NCBI GenBank assembly: GCA_965223775.1
Contig: OZ245021.1
Coordinates: 5,069,517-5,133,516, forward strand
Origin: Gammaproteobacteria bacterium
GTDB taxonomy: Bacteria; Pseudomonadota; Gammaproteobacteria; HK1
Direction of reading: 5' to 3'
Length of the DNA: 64,000 nucleotides
The notes under the pieces were generated by a model. The model worked only from the letters and a program-made list of their open reading frames with translations. It ran no database searches and was not told where the DNA came from. The stretch's first letter is position 1. Each line of letters begins with the position of its first letter. Both the position numbers and the translations under genes were made by a program. This document shows positions 33,497 to 42,405 of this stretch, piece by piece.

Positions 33497-35602
33497 TCAG
33501 ACCCACGTCTCCGGCCGTACGCCGAAGTCGAAGGTGGGAAGCGTACCGCGTTCGCGGCGCATGCGGGCGCGCAAATCGTCCGTCGCGGCGCGGTCGACCT
33601 CGCTCCCGTCCCCGTTCAGCGCCACCCCGTAGCCCTCCCGGGCCGTCTCCGCGGTGAGGAGCCCCCGCACCACGTCGCGGCGCACGACGGTCGGGTCGCG
33701 CTCGAGGGCATCGCCCCAGCCGCCTCCGCCCGCGGTCCGGAACAGGATCCGGTCGCCCGGCGCCACCCGCACGTTGTCCACTTTCGAGGGCAGCCTCTCG
33801 CGGCTCCCGTCGTCGCGCACGAGCCACTTCTCCGAGCAGGCGCCGGGCTTTCCGCCGAGGATACCCCACGGCCGACTGAGGTGACGGTCGTCGTGGATCG
33901 AGACCTCCCCTTCCTCGAGCAGCCGGTAGACCTTCTCCACTCCGTTTCCGCCGCGGTGCAGGCCGGGTCCTCCGGTGTCGGGGATGGAGCGGTAGACCTC
34001 GATCCGCATCGGGTAGTAGCTCTCGAGGTACTCCGCGGGGATGTTCTCGAACAGCGGCCACCACGAGTGCCCGTCCATGCCGTCTCCGACCGGCCGGCCG
34101 GGGATCCCGCCGTAGAGGATCTCCATGAGCTGGAACGACCGCCCCTCCGCGTCCGTTCCCGAGTAAAGGAAGTGGGGGCTCGATCCGTACCCCGCCGCGG
34201 TGGCCATCTCGGGCGCGTTCCGGCTGAGCGCGCCCCCCAGCACGTCGAACTGCCGGGCGAGGGCGTGGGTGCGCGAGCCGAGGGCGGCGGGGAAGTCCGG
34301 GTGCAGCAGCGACCCCTTCGGCAAGGTGACGTGGATGATGTCGTAGAAGCCGTCGTTGAACAGGATCTGGGGGTCGAACACCATGATCATGTAGACCCCG
34401 ATGAACATCTTGAACATCCCCTCGTGGAGATAGAAGTTCACCGGGCCGGGGGCCTGCGGCGAGGTCCCCGTCCAGTCGAAGTAGGCATCCTCGCCCTCGC
34501 GCCACACGGTCAGCTTGAGCTTGAACGGGCCGTTGCCGCACCCATCGTCGTCGATGAAATCCTCGAACGTCTGCGGCTCTTGCGGCAGGTTCTGGACGAT
34601 GAGCTGGCGCATCGCCCGCTCGGTCCGTTCCAGCAGGGCGGTGCACGCGCGCCGGTAGACGTCGGGGCCGAACCGCTCGCAGATCTCGATGACGCGGCGC
34701 TCCCCGGCCCGGCAGCCCGCGATGATCGCCATGAGATCGCTCAGGTTCATCTCCGGGGTGCGGGTGTTGTTCATGATGATGTCGAGGGCGCCCCGGTTGA
34801 GCTCGCCGCCCTCGTAGATCTTCACCGGCGGGATGCGCAGCCCCTCTCCGAAGATGGAGGTCGCGGCGGTCGGCATGCTGCACGGCACCGGGCCGCCGAC
34901 GTCCATCATGTGGCCGAACATCGAGCTGAAGCCGATGATCTCCCCCTGGTGAAAGATGGGCATGAGCACCATCCAGTCGTTGATGTGGCTGATCGCGCCG
35001 CCGCACTTGTAGGGATCGCTCTGCAGGACGATGTCCCCGGGGGCGAACTCGAACGCCTGCTCGGCGAGCATCTCCGGGATGTAGGAACCGAACTGCCCGA
35101 CGATCATGCGGCCCGCGGCGTCCGTGATCATGGGGAACTCGTCGTGCTGCTCGCGAATGACCGGCGACATCGCGGACCGGAACAGCACCGCGTCCATCTC
35201 GTGGCGGGCGTTGCGCAGCGCGTTCTCGATGAGGTCGAGGGTGATCGGGTCGAGGGCGGGGCCGGGAGCGCGCCGGGGCCGGGCGGCCCGGGTAGCGGCC
35301 GGGGCGGCGCCCGCCGCCGCGGAGCCGAGGCGGTCGGGGACCGTCGCGGGCACGGGACGCGTCCGGGCCGCCGCCCCGTTGCCGTTCGGTGCACCGCGGG
35401 AAGTGGACGATGCGGCGCCGTTCCCGCCGGCGGCCCGCCGAGGTTCCGCCGCCGGCGTCCCGCCTGCGTTCGCCGCCGCTCCGTTGCCGTTCGCCGGAGC
35501 GCGGGTCCCGGCATCGTGAATAAGCCGGTCGAATTGCTCGCGGCTCGATCGAAGCATCTCGTCGAGCGAGATGGCCCGTCCCGAATTGTGTGGCGTTTCC
35601 AT
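33497..35602 (-). CDS. hyuB: Hydantoinase B/oxoprolinase family protein with an N-terminal low-complexity extension
   Basis: The HyuB core runs from DPITLDLIENALRNARHEMDAVLFRSAMSPVIRE through GGGWGD. An ATG at 35602 (METPHN...) is followed by about 110 aa of Gly/Ala/Asn-rich linker before the core. Confidence 0.75.
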   Translation of the reverse strand: METPHNSGRAISLDEMLRSSREQFDRLIHDAGTRAPANGNGAAANAGGTPAAEPRRAAGGNGAASSTSRGAPNGNGAAARTRPVPATVPDRLGSAAAGAAPAATRAARPRRAPGPALDPITLDLIENALRNARHEMDAVLFRSAMSPVIREQHDEFPMITDAAGRMIVGQFGSYIPEMLAEQAFEFAPGDIVLQSDPYKCGGAISHINDWMVLMPIFHQGEIIGFSSMFGHMMDVGGPVPCSMPTAATSIFGEGLRIPPVKIYEGGELNRGALDIIMNNTRTPEMNLSDLMAIIAGCRAGERRVIEICERFGPDVYRRACTALLERTERAMRQLIVQNLPQEPQTFEDFIDDDGCGNGPFKLKLTVWREGEDAYFDWTGTSPQAPGPVNFYLHEGMFKMFIGVYMIMVFDPQILFNDGFYDIIHVTLPKGSLLHPDFPAALGSRTHALARQFDVLGGALSRNAPEMATAAGYGSSPHFLYSGTDAEGRSFQLMEILYGGIPGRPVGDGMDGHSWWPLFENIPAEYLESYYPMRIEVYRSIPDTGGPGLHRGGNGVEKVYRLLEEGEVSIHDDRHLSRPWGILGGKPGACSEKWLVRDDGSRERLPSKVDNVRVAPGDRILFRTAGGGGWGDALERDPTVVRRDVVRGLLTAETAREGYGVALNGDGSEVDRAATDDLRARMRRERGTLPTFDFGVRPETWV

Positions 35603-35703
35603 ATCCGCTCTCCCGGTATCGAGGCTCCGCGGGTCCCCCACGGAGCGGTTTCTCCGCCCGGTCGAGCCGCCCGTCGAGCGGCTTCCCGGGTGTGCGCCGG
35701 CGC

Positions 35704-36144
35704 TCAGGGGATGAGCTTCAGCAGCACGGTTGTGACCGTCACGTTCGTCACCACGATCCCGATCGCGGTCTTCAGCATGTCGGCTCGCAGCGCTGCGATC
35801 CTGGCCCCGAGGCGCCCTTCCACCGCGACGATCTCGGTGCCGAGACACCCCTCCACCGCGGCGAGCTCGGCGCTGAAGTCTCCCCTCGTCGAGGCAAGCT
35901 CAGCGCTGAAACGCCCCTTCGTCGCAGCGAGCTCGGCGCTGAAATGCCCCTTCGTTTCAGCGATTTCTGCACTGAGGCGACCCTCCGCGGCGGCGATCTC
36001 GGCACTGACGTGCCCCTTCGTCGCCACGCCTTCGGTCATGGCCCGGTGCACCGTCCTGACGACGGCCCTGGCATGGGCTTCATCGACGCCCGCCGCCCGC
36101 AGGTCTTCCACACCTTCCAGGGTGTCGAATCCAACGGCGCTCAT
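35704..36144 (-). CDS. DUF1640-family coiled-coil protein with a C-terminal TM anchor
   Basis: MSAVGFDTLEGVEDLRAAGVDEAHARAV... Eleven-residue units repeat (EIAAAEGRLSAEIAETKGHFSAELAATKGRFSAELASTRGDFSAELAAVEG). The C-terminal hydrophobic segment is TAIGIVVTNVTVTTVLLKL. Confidence 0.6.
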   Translation of the reverse strand: MSAVGFDTLEGVEDLRAAGVDEAHARAVVRTVHRAMTEGVATKGHVSAEIAAAEGRLSAEIAETKGHFSAELAATKGRFSAELASTRGDFSAELAAVEGCLGTEIVAVEGRLGARIAALRADMLKTAIGIVVTNVTVTTVLLKLIP

Positions 36145-36207
36145 TCCCGTCCCTCCTTGGCCACGAAGTCCAATTGCCCGGATGGTACCCAACCGAAACC
36201 GGCAACA

Positions 36208-38274
36208 TCAAACCGGCCGGCCCCCGCCGCCCGCTGGGCGGATCAGGATGTTGAGGTGGGGGTCCACCTCCCCCTCGTGACCGGGGTGGACCACGGTTGT
36301 CGAGTCGCGCTGGGTGATCACCGCCGGGCCGGGAATCCGGTTCCCCGGCCGCAGCCGGTCCCGGTCGTAGATGTTCGTCGTCATGAACTGCCCGTCGAAG
36401 AACACGGGGTGCCGGCCGGTCACCGCGCCCGCCGCGTCCGGCCCCTCGACATCGAAGCGCGGGAACTCCACCTTGACCACCCGCCCGACCGCCACCGCCC
36501 GCGCGTTCACCAGCTCCACCGGCTGGTCGAGGCGAAAGCCGTACTGGCGCTCGTGGAGATCGCCGAAACGCTCCACGGCCTCCGCGAGCCGCCCCGCGCG
36601 GAGCGCCTCGGGGTCCACCGCGATAGCGAACTCGTAACCCTGGCGGAAGTAGCGCACGTCGAGCTCGAAGGCGACCGACTGCCGGTCGGCCGGCACGCCC
36701 TCGTTGGATAGCCACACCCTCGCCTCCTCCCCGAGCCCCGCGAGCGAGTCCGCGATCTCCTCGGACCGGACCTCGTCCAGGGTGCGGATCAGGGTATGGG
36801 CGAACTCGTTCTTGATGTCCGAACAGAGGAACCCGAGGGCGGAGAGCACCCCCGGGGTGGGCGGGACGATCACGGGATGGCACCCCGCGAGGATCGCCAT
36901 CGCGTTTCCGTGCAGCGGGCCCGCTCCGCCGAACGCGACGAGGGCGAAGTCGCGCGGATCGAGGCCCTTCTGGACAGTGATGAGCCGAAGCGCCCCGAAC
37001 ATGTTCTCGTTGACGATGTCGAGGATCCCCTGCGCAGCCTGGTGGAGATCGAGCCCGAGGGCCCGGGCCGTCTTCCCGACCGCCTCCTCGGCCGCGGCCA
37101 CGTCGAGCTGCATCTCGCCCCCGAGGAGCGCCGGCGGGAGCCGGCCGAGCACCACGTTGGCGTCGGTGACCGTCGGCCGGTCGCCGCCACGGCCGTAGCA
37201 GGCGGGGCCGGGCCGCGCCCCCGCGCTCTCCGGCCCTACCCGGAGCGCCCCGGTCATCGGCACGTGGGCGACGGAGCCTCCGCCGGCGCCCACGCTGTGC
37301 ACCTCCACCGACGGCACCTTGATCGGATAGTACCCGAGCGAGGTCTGGCGCGAGATGTCGGGCTTCCCGTCCTGGATGAGGGACACGTCGGTGGAGGTGC
37401 CCCCCATGTCGAAGCCGAGGGCGTCCGGATGGCCGGCGAGCGAGGCGAGAAACGCCGCCCCCGACACCCCGCCGGCCGGTCCCGACAGCATCGTGTGCAC
37501 CGGCGATTCGGCCGCGTGGGCGACGCTCATCAGACCCCCGTCGGAACGCACGATGTGGACGTGGGGATCGAAGGCGACTTCCCGGAGCTTCGCCTCGAAG
37601 TGGCCGAGGTAGCGGCGCATGCTCGGCCCCACGTAGGCGTTCATGACCGCGACGAGGGTCCGCTCGTACTCGCGGAACTCGGCGAGGATGTCGGAGGCGA
37701 TGGTGACCGGGAGATCGGCGGCCCGCTCGTGCACGAGCTCCGCGAGCCGCCGCTCATGGGCGGGGTTCGCGTAGGCGTGGAGGAGAGAGATGGTGATCGA
37801 CTCCACCCCCGCGCCGACAAGCTCGTCAATCGCGGCGCGGGCGCGGGCCTCGTCGAGCGCGGTCACCACCTCGCCCCGCGCGCTCATCCGCTCCGGCACC
37901 CCCCGGGTGTGCTCGAGGTCGGCGAGCGGATCGGGCTTTTGCATGATCATCCAGCCCGCGAGCGGCCCCGGGGTCTGGGAGCGGGCGAGATGCAGGATCT
38001 GCTCGAAGTCCGCGGTGACGAGGAGGCCGACCTTCGCGCCCTTCTCCTCGAGCACGATGTTGGTGGATACGGTCGTGCCGTGGAGCAGGCTCGACACGTT
38101 CCCGGCCGATTCGCCGGTCCGTTCCAGGATGCCGCGCACCCCGGTCAGGATGCCGATCGACTGGTCCTCGGGAGTGGACGGGGTCTTGAACAGCGAGAGC
38201 CGCCCGGACTCGTCGTCGCAGAGCAGCAGATCGGTGAACGTACCCCCGACGTCGATTCCGAGACGGCTCGCCAT
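36208..38274 (-). CDS. hyuA: Hydantoinase A/oxoprolinase family protein
   Basis: 688 aa. It starts MASRLGIDVGGTFTDLLL and carries two ASKHA-fold ATPase motifs (DMGGTSTD). Confidence 0.88.
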   Translation of the reverse strand: MASRLGIDVGGTFTDLLLCDDESGRLSLFKTPSTPEDQSIGILTGVRGILERTGESAGNVSSLLHGTTVSTNIVLEEKGAKVGLLVTADFEQILHLARSQTPGPLAGWMIMQKPDPLADLEHTRGVPERMSARGEVVTALDEARARAAIDELVGAGVESITISLLHAYANPAHERRLAELVHERAADLPVTIASDILAEFREYERTLVAVMNAYVGPSMRRYLGHFEAKLREVAFDPHVHIVRSDGGLMSVAHAAESPVHTMLSGPAGGVSGAAFLASLAGHPDALGFDMGGTSTDVSLIQDGKPDISRQTSLGYYPIKVPSVEVHSVGAGGGSVAHVPMTGALRVGPESAGARPGPACYGRGGDRPTVTDANVVLGRLPPALLGGEMQLDVAAAEEAVGKTARALGLDLHQAAQGILDIVNENMFGALRLITVQKGLDPRDFALVAFGGAGPLHGNAMAILAGCHPVIVPPTPGVLSALGFLCSDIKNEFAHTLIRTLDEVRSEEIADSLAGLGEEARVWLSNEGVPADRQSVAFELDVRYFRQGYEFAIAVDPEALRAGRLAEAVERFGDLHERQYGFRLDQPVELVNARAVAVGRVVKVEFPRFDVEGPDAAGAVTGRHPVFFDGQFMTTNIYDRDRLRPGNRIPGPAVITQRDSTTVVHPGHEGEVDPHLNILIRPAGGGGRPV

Positions 38275-38290
38275 GCGATGGGCGCGGCGC

Positions 38291-38520
38291 TAGCGCGGAA
38301 ATCTCACCGACTTTCGTCGCGAGGGCGCCGAGCCGTCGCGTTGACGGGCCGCACGGACAGAAGAAACGCGAGCGCTTCTTTTCGAAAGAGCGCTTGCGCG
38401 CTGGCCGAAGTCGTGGTCGACGCCAGCGCATTCGCGCTGTCGAAGCGGCTTGCGGGAGTACGGTCCGTCAGCGCGAGTGGATCGGTGTGCGCAGCAGAAA
38501 GTTGGTGAGATTTCCACGCT
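38291..38520. repeat. Palindromic MITE/REP-like element, copy 3 (inverted orientation)
   Basis: Its termini are GGAAATCTCACCGAC at the left end and GTTGGTGAGATTTCCACGCTAGC at the right end. The terminal CTAG provides the stop codon of the 38519..39088 gene. Confidence 0.8.
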
Positions 38521-39088
38521 AGCCCCTCACGCCGCCGCCGGCGTCCGGAGAGGGCGGGCGGGAGCGGTCGGAACCGGCCCGGGGCGGAGGACGGCGAGGT
38601 CGCCAGCCGGTGCGGAACGCCCGCACGAGGTGGTGGAGCAGGTAGAACAGGATGGCGAGGATGACCATCACCACGATGCTGACGATCCGCGCGCCGAACC
38701 CGATGTCCGACCCCGCGCCGGCGGCGGCCGGCGCCATGAGCAGCTCGCTCAGCATCTCGATGGCCTGGATGATCGCCCCGGCGAAGAAGATGACGGCGAC
38801 GAGGATCGCGATCTGGAGGGTGTCGTACACGAGCGCGGTCGCGTCGAGCTCCCCGCCGTCGCGGAATACCTGGCGGCGGAAGGACTGCCAGTGGGCGATG
38901 GCGTAGGCGACCACCCCGACGAGCGATGCGAACCAGAACAGCACGTTGCTGAAATGGATGCCGGGAATGCGCTCCAGGAGATAGATCTCGAAGGGCTTGT
39001 AGAAGTAGAGGAAGACGAGCGCGACGACGACCGCGACCAGCGCGATCCACGGCCGGGGACGCCGCCAGCGGGACACTTCGTCGTTCAC
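38519..39088 (-). CDS. Hypothetical integral membrane protein (about four TM segments)
   Basis: 189 aa with four hydrophobic helices. It ends 16 bp upstream of the COG0523 gene on the same strand and has high GC3. Confidence 0.55.
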   Translation of the reverse strand: MNDEVSRWRRPRPWIALVAVVVALVFLYFYKPFEIYLLERIPGIHFSNVLFWFASLVGVVAYAIAHWQSFRRQVFRDGGELDATALVYDTLQIAILVAVIFFAGAIIQAIEMLSELLMAPAAAGAGSDIGFGARIVSIVVMVILAILFYLLHHLVRAFRTGWRPRRPPPRAGSDRSRPPSPDAGGGVRG

Positions 39089-39103
39089 GCCGGACTCAAG
39101 CCT

Positions 39104-40392
39104 TCATGAAATCGGTCGGGGCCGCGGAGCCTTCGACTCCGCGCCGGCGCATGGTACATCAATGCGGGGGGGCGTCGTCGCCGCCCCGAGGGACTCGCGG
39201 AACGCCGCGAGCGAACGCTCGATCCGCTCCCGTTCGAGACCGCGCACGATGAACACGATGCGGGTGCCGCGCCGCGGGGCGCCGCCGTCCGCCTCCCGCT
39301 CCCAGGTGCGGGGCCACGCCGGCAGGTGAGTCGGGGGATGGACGGTGTGCTGGACCGCGTTGAGGAGGACCGGGCCGTCGAGCTCGGGCACGTCGACGAT
39401 GCCCTTCACGCGCAGGATGTCCTCCCCGTGCCGGTGGAGGAGCATCCCGAGCCAGATCCCGAACACCGTCCAGTCGATGGGCTCGTCGGTCTCGATGCGG
39501 AACGAGGTGACGTCGTCGGTGTGGTCGTGTGGGGCGGGCTCCGCCGCCGCGGACGCGGCGCTCGCGTGCTCCGAACCGCCTCCCGAGGGGCGTTCGGGGC
39601 GAGCGATGCCGCCCGTCGGCGGGCTGCCTGCCGGCGGTCCGCGACCCAGCCCGAGCCAGCGCTCCGCCTCCGCCTGACGCGAGTCCGCACGGTGGCCGTC
39701 CTCCATGAGGAGGGCGACCGCATCCGAGGCGCCCTCCTCCTCCTCTCCGCCGGTCGCCCTGCCGGGCGTGGACGCGGGCACGGGCGCGGCGGCGCGCCGG
39801 ATGGGAGCAGCGGGGTTCATGGCCCGGAGCCTCCCCTCGAGGGCACGGGACGCCCCGGGCTCGGCAAGGTCGGTCTTGGTCAGGATCATCCGGTCCGCGA
39901 GGGCCGCCTGCTTCACCGACTCCGGATAGCGGTCGAGCTGCGCGGATCCGTGGAGCGCGTCCACCACCGTCACCACCGCCCCCGGCCGGTAGTGGTGACG
40001 AAGCACCGGATCGGCGGTCAGGGTATGCACGATGGGGGCCGGGTCGGCGAGCCCCGACGACTCGATGACCACCCGGTCGTAGCGCGGAACCTCGCCCCGC
40101 TCGCGCCGCCCGTGGAGCTCGAGGAGGGCGGATCGCAGGTCGTCCCGCACCGCGCAGCACACGCACCCGTTGTCGAGCAGCACCATGCTCCCGGTCACCG
40201 GCTCGAGGAGGTGGTGGTCGAGGCCCACCTCCCCGAACTCGTTCACGAGCACCGCGCACGAGGCGAGACGCGGGGAAGCGAGGAGGCGGCGAAGGAGGGT
40301 GGTCTTCCCGCTTCCGAGGAAGCCGGTCACCACGTTGACCGGGACGAGCCGGCTCCAGTCCGCGCCGCTCATCCCTCCCTCTCCCGCGCTCT
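39104..40392 (-). CDS. CobW/COG0523-family GTPase (putative metal chaperone)
   Basis: The ATG at 40392 follows the RBS GAGGGAGGG. Motifs are GFLGSGKTTLL and GCVCC, with a CobW C-terminal domain. The 693-aa ORF's N-terminal extension is another gene's frame and is not coding. Confidence 0.8.
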
Positions 40393-41160
40393 CGGCCCGG
40401 ACGCCTCGACGGAAGGTCCGTTCCCTTCGCAGTCGAACCCCGCTCCGCCCGCCGCCACTCCTGCCGCCTCGGCCATCGCTTGGTCCGGGGGGTGCCCCGC
40501 ACGGCCCGCGAGGCAGAGCACGGCGGGGAGCATTCGCCGCGCGATCACCTCCACCCCCGCCGCGTTCGGATGGATCCCGTCCTCCTGGTTGAGCGAGGTC
40601 ACGGTGGCCACCCCGTCCAGCAGGAACGGATAGAGGATCGCCCCGTGCCGGGCGGCGAGCTCCGGATAGATCGGGTCGAACCGGGCCGCGTAGTCCGGCC
40701 CGAGGTTGGGGGGAGCCACCATGCCGGCGAGGAGGACGGGGAGGCCCCGCTCGGCGAGGATGCCGAGCAGGCGGTCGAGGTTCGCCCGGGTCACCGCCGG
40801 GTCGATCGCGCGCAGCCCGTCGTTCGCCCCGAGGGCGACGACGACCGCGTGCGGGTCGTCCGCGAGGGCCCATTCGATCCGGGCGAGCCCGCCGGCCGTG
40901 GTATCGCCCGACACCCCCGCGTTGATCACCCTCGCGTCGATCCGGTGCGCGCGAAGGACGGTCTCCAGCCGGGCGGGGAGCGCGTCGCGTGACGCGAGCC
41001 CGTAGCCGGCGGTGAGGCTGTCCCCGAGCATGAGGATCCGGAGCGGGCCCTTCGCCGCGTGCACCGGGGTGGACGCGGCCGCCATCAGCGTCGCGGCGAG
41101 GAACGCCGCCGCGACCGGTGGGTAGTGCGTCAGATAGACTCTCGAGAATTGTTCGATCAT
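40369..41160 (-). CDS. tesA: SGNH/GDSL hydrolase, TesA-like arylesterase/thioesterase, with a signal peptide
   Basis: Signal peptide, GDSLTAGYG, the catalytic block and DGIHPN. The C-terminal 45 aa past the expected end may be read-through sequence. In E. coli tesA lies divergent to ybbA. Confidence 0.7.
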   Translation of the reverse strand: MIEQFSRVYLTHYPPVAAAFLAATLMAAASTPVHAAKGPLRILMLGDSLTAGYGLASRDALPARLETVLRAHRIDARVINAGVSGDTTAGGLARIEWALADDPHAVVVALGANDGLRAIDPAVTRANLDRLLGILAERGLPVLLAGMVAPPNLGPDYAARFDPIYPELAARHGAILYPFLLDGVATVTSLNQEDGIHPNAAGVEVIARRMLPAVLCLAGRAGHPPDQAMAEAAGVAAGGAGFDCEGNGPSVEASGPRAREREG

Positions 41161-41387
41161 TCCTCCCAGCAGCGGATGCGTACACACTCCCTCACGAGTT
41201 CCTCGTGATCCATGCTCTCAATCCTACGCGCATCGTTCAATGCACCCTGCACAGTCGCATCTATCGTCTGGCGGCCATAACGTTCTTCGTGTACTCGTTT
41301 GGCGATTCGCCCTCTGTCCCAGCTATCGAATACAAATAGTCCAATGACTACGAGAATGCCAATGATGATTATGTGCTTCCAACTCAC
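41157..41387 (-). CDS. Small hypothetical membrane protein encoded in an AT-rich islet
   Basis: 76 aa, MSWKHIIIIGILVVIGLFVFDSW..., with a single N-terminal TM helix. The locus is about 45% GC against about 70% in the flanks. Confidence 0.4.
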   Translation of the reverse strand: MSWKHIIIIGILVVIGLFVFDSWDRGRIAKRVHEERYGRQTIDATVQGALNDARRIESMDHEELVRECVRIRCWEE

Positions 41388-41584
41388 TTTGTTATCTTAA
41401 AGAGTTGTTGTTATTTATTTTTTGCCGTGCCAAATTTCGAACGAGGCCCCCGGCGCGGGATGTCGCGGTGGCGCCCGGCCGCCGACCGACGGGTAAAGAT
41501 GGGTAAAGAACGGCCGGTGCGCGGCAGCCTCAGCCGCCGCGATTGGTATCCTGCGCGCACTCCGCCGGTCGCCGAAGAGCCGCC

Positions 41585-42400
41585 ATGTCCACCGCCGCCC
41601 ATCGTCCCATCGTATCGCTCGAGGATCTTGCCGTCACCCTGACCGGCGCGGCCGGTCCGGTGGAGGTCCTGCGCGGCATCGACCTCGACCTCGCGCCCGG
41701 GGAGACGGTGAGCGTGGTCGGTCCGTCCGGGGCCGGGAAGACCACCCTGCTCATGGTCGTCGGTGGTCTCGAGCGGCCTACGGGGGGACGAGTCGAGGTG
41801 GCGGGCGCGGATCTCGCGAGCCTCGACGAAGACGATCTCGCGCGGTTCCGGGGAGCCCACGTCGGCATCGTGTTCCAGGCGTTCCACCTCATCCCGACCA
41901 TGACCGCCATCGAGAACGTGGCCGCGCCGCGCGAGCTCGCGGGCGCCCCCGACGCGTTCGACCGGGCGCGCGAGGAGCTCGCGGCGGTCGGGCTCGAGCA
42001 TCGCCTGGGGCACTACCCGGGCGAGCTGTCGGGCGGCGAGCAGCAGCGGGTGGCCATCGCCCGCGCCCTCGTCAACCGCCCGGCCCTCCTCCTCGCGGAC
42101 GAGCCGACCGGGAACCTCGACGCCGCAACCGGCGACCAGGTCATCGGACATCTCCTCGCCCGGAGCCGCGACCGGGGAGCCGCCGTCCTCCTCATTACCC
42201 ATGAAGCACGGCTCGCGGCTCTCTGCGACCGTACGATCCGCATGGCGGACGGCCGCCTCGAAGCGGCGCCGGGGGAGACTTCGGCGGCACCGGAGAGCGG
42301 GCCGGTCCACGGCCCGGCGCGCGACCCCTCCGGCGCCTCGGACGAAGGGGGCGGCGGCCTCCGCCCCGCCGCCGTCTCGGTCACCGCCAGCCCCCGGTAG
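41585..42400 (+). CDS. ybbA: ABC transporter ATP-binding protein, YbbA/LolD/MacB-type
   Basis: GPSGAGKTTLL, LSGGEQQRVAIARA and LLADEPTGNLD. Followed by an FtsX-family permease. Confidence 0.85.
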   Translation: MSTAAHRPIVSLEDLAVTLTGAAGPVEVLRGIDLDLAPGETVSVVGPSGAGKTTLLMVVGGLERPTGGRVEVAGADLASLDEDDLARFRGAHVGIVFQAFHLIPTMTAIENVAAPRELAGAPDAFDRAREELAAVGLEHRLGHYPGELSGGEQQRVAIARALVNRPALLLADEPTGNLDAATGDQVIGHLLARSRDRGAAVLLITHEARLAALCDRTIRMADGRLEAAPGETSAAPESGPVHGPARDPSGASDEGGGGLRPAAVSVTASPR

Positions 42401-42405
42401 CCGCC

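Noticed and set aside
29501-36280. 2259-aa plus-strand ORF spanning 6.8 kb
   Set aside because: It runs antisense to four well-supported minus-strand genes (ABC ATPase, flotillin, DUF1640, hyuB) and has an Arg/Gly/Asp/Leu-biased composition. This is a typical stop-codon-poor antisense frame in about 70% GC DNA.
40393-41185. Upstream part of the 693-aa ORF 39104..41185
   Set aside because: It overlaps the tesA-like gene in a different frame. The COG0523 homology and a strong RBS begin at 40392.
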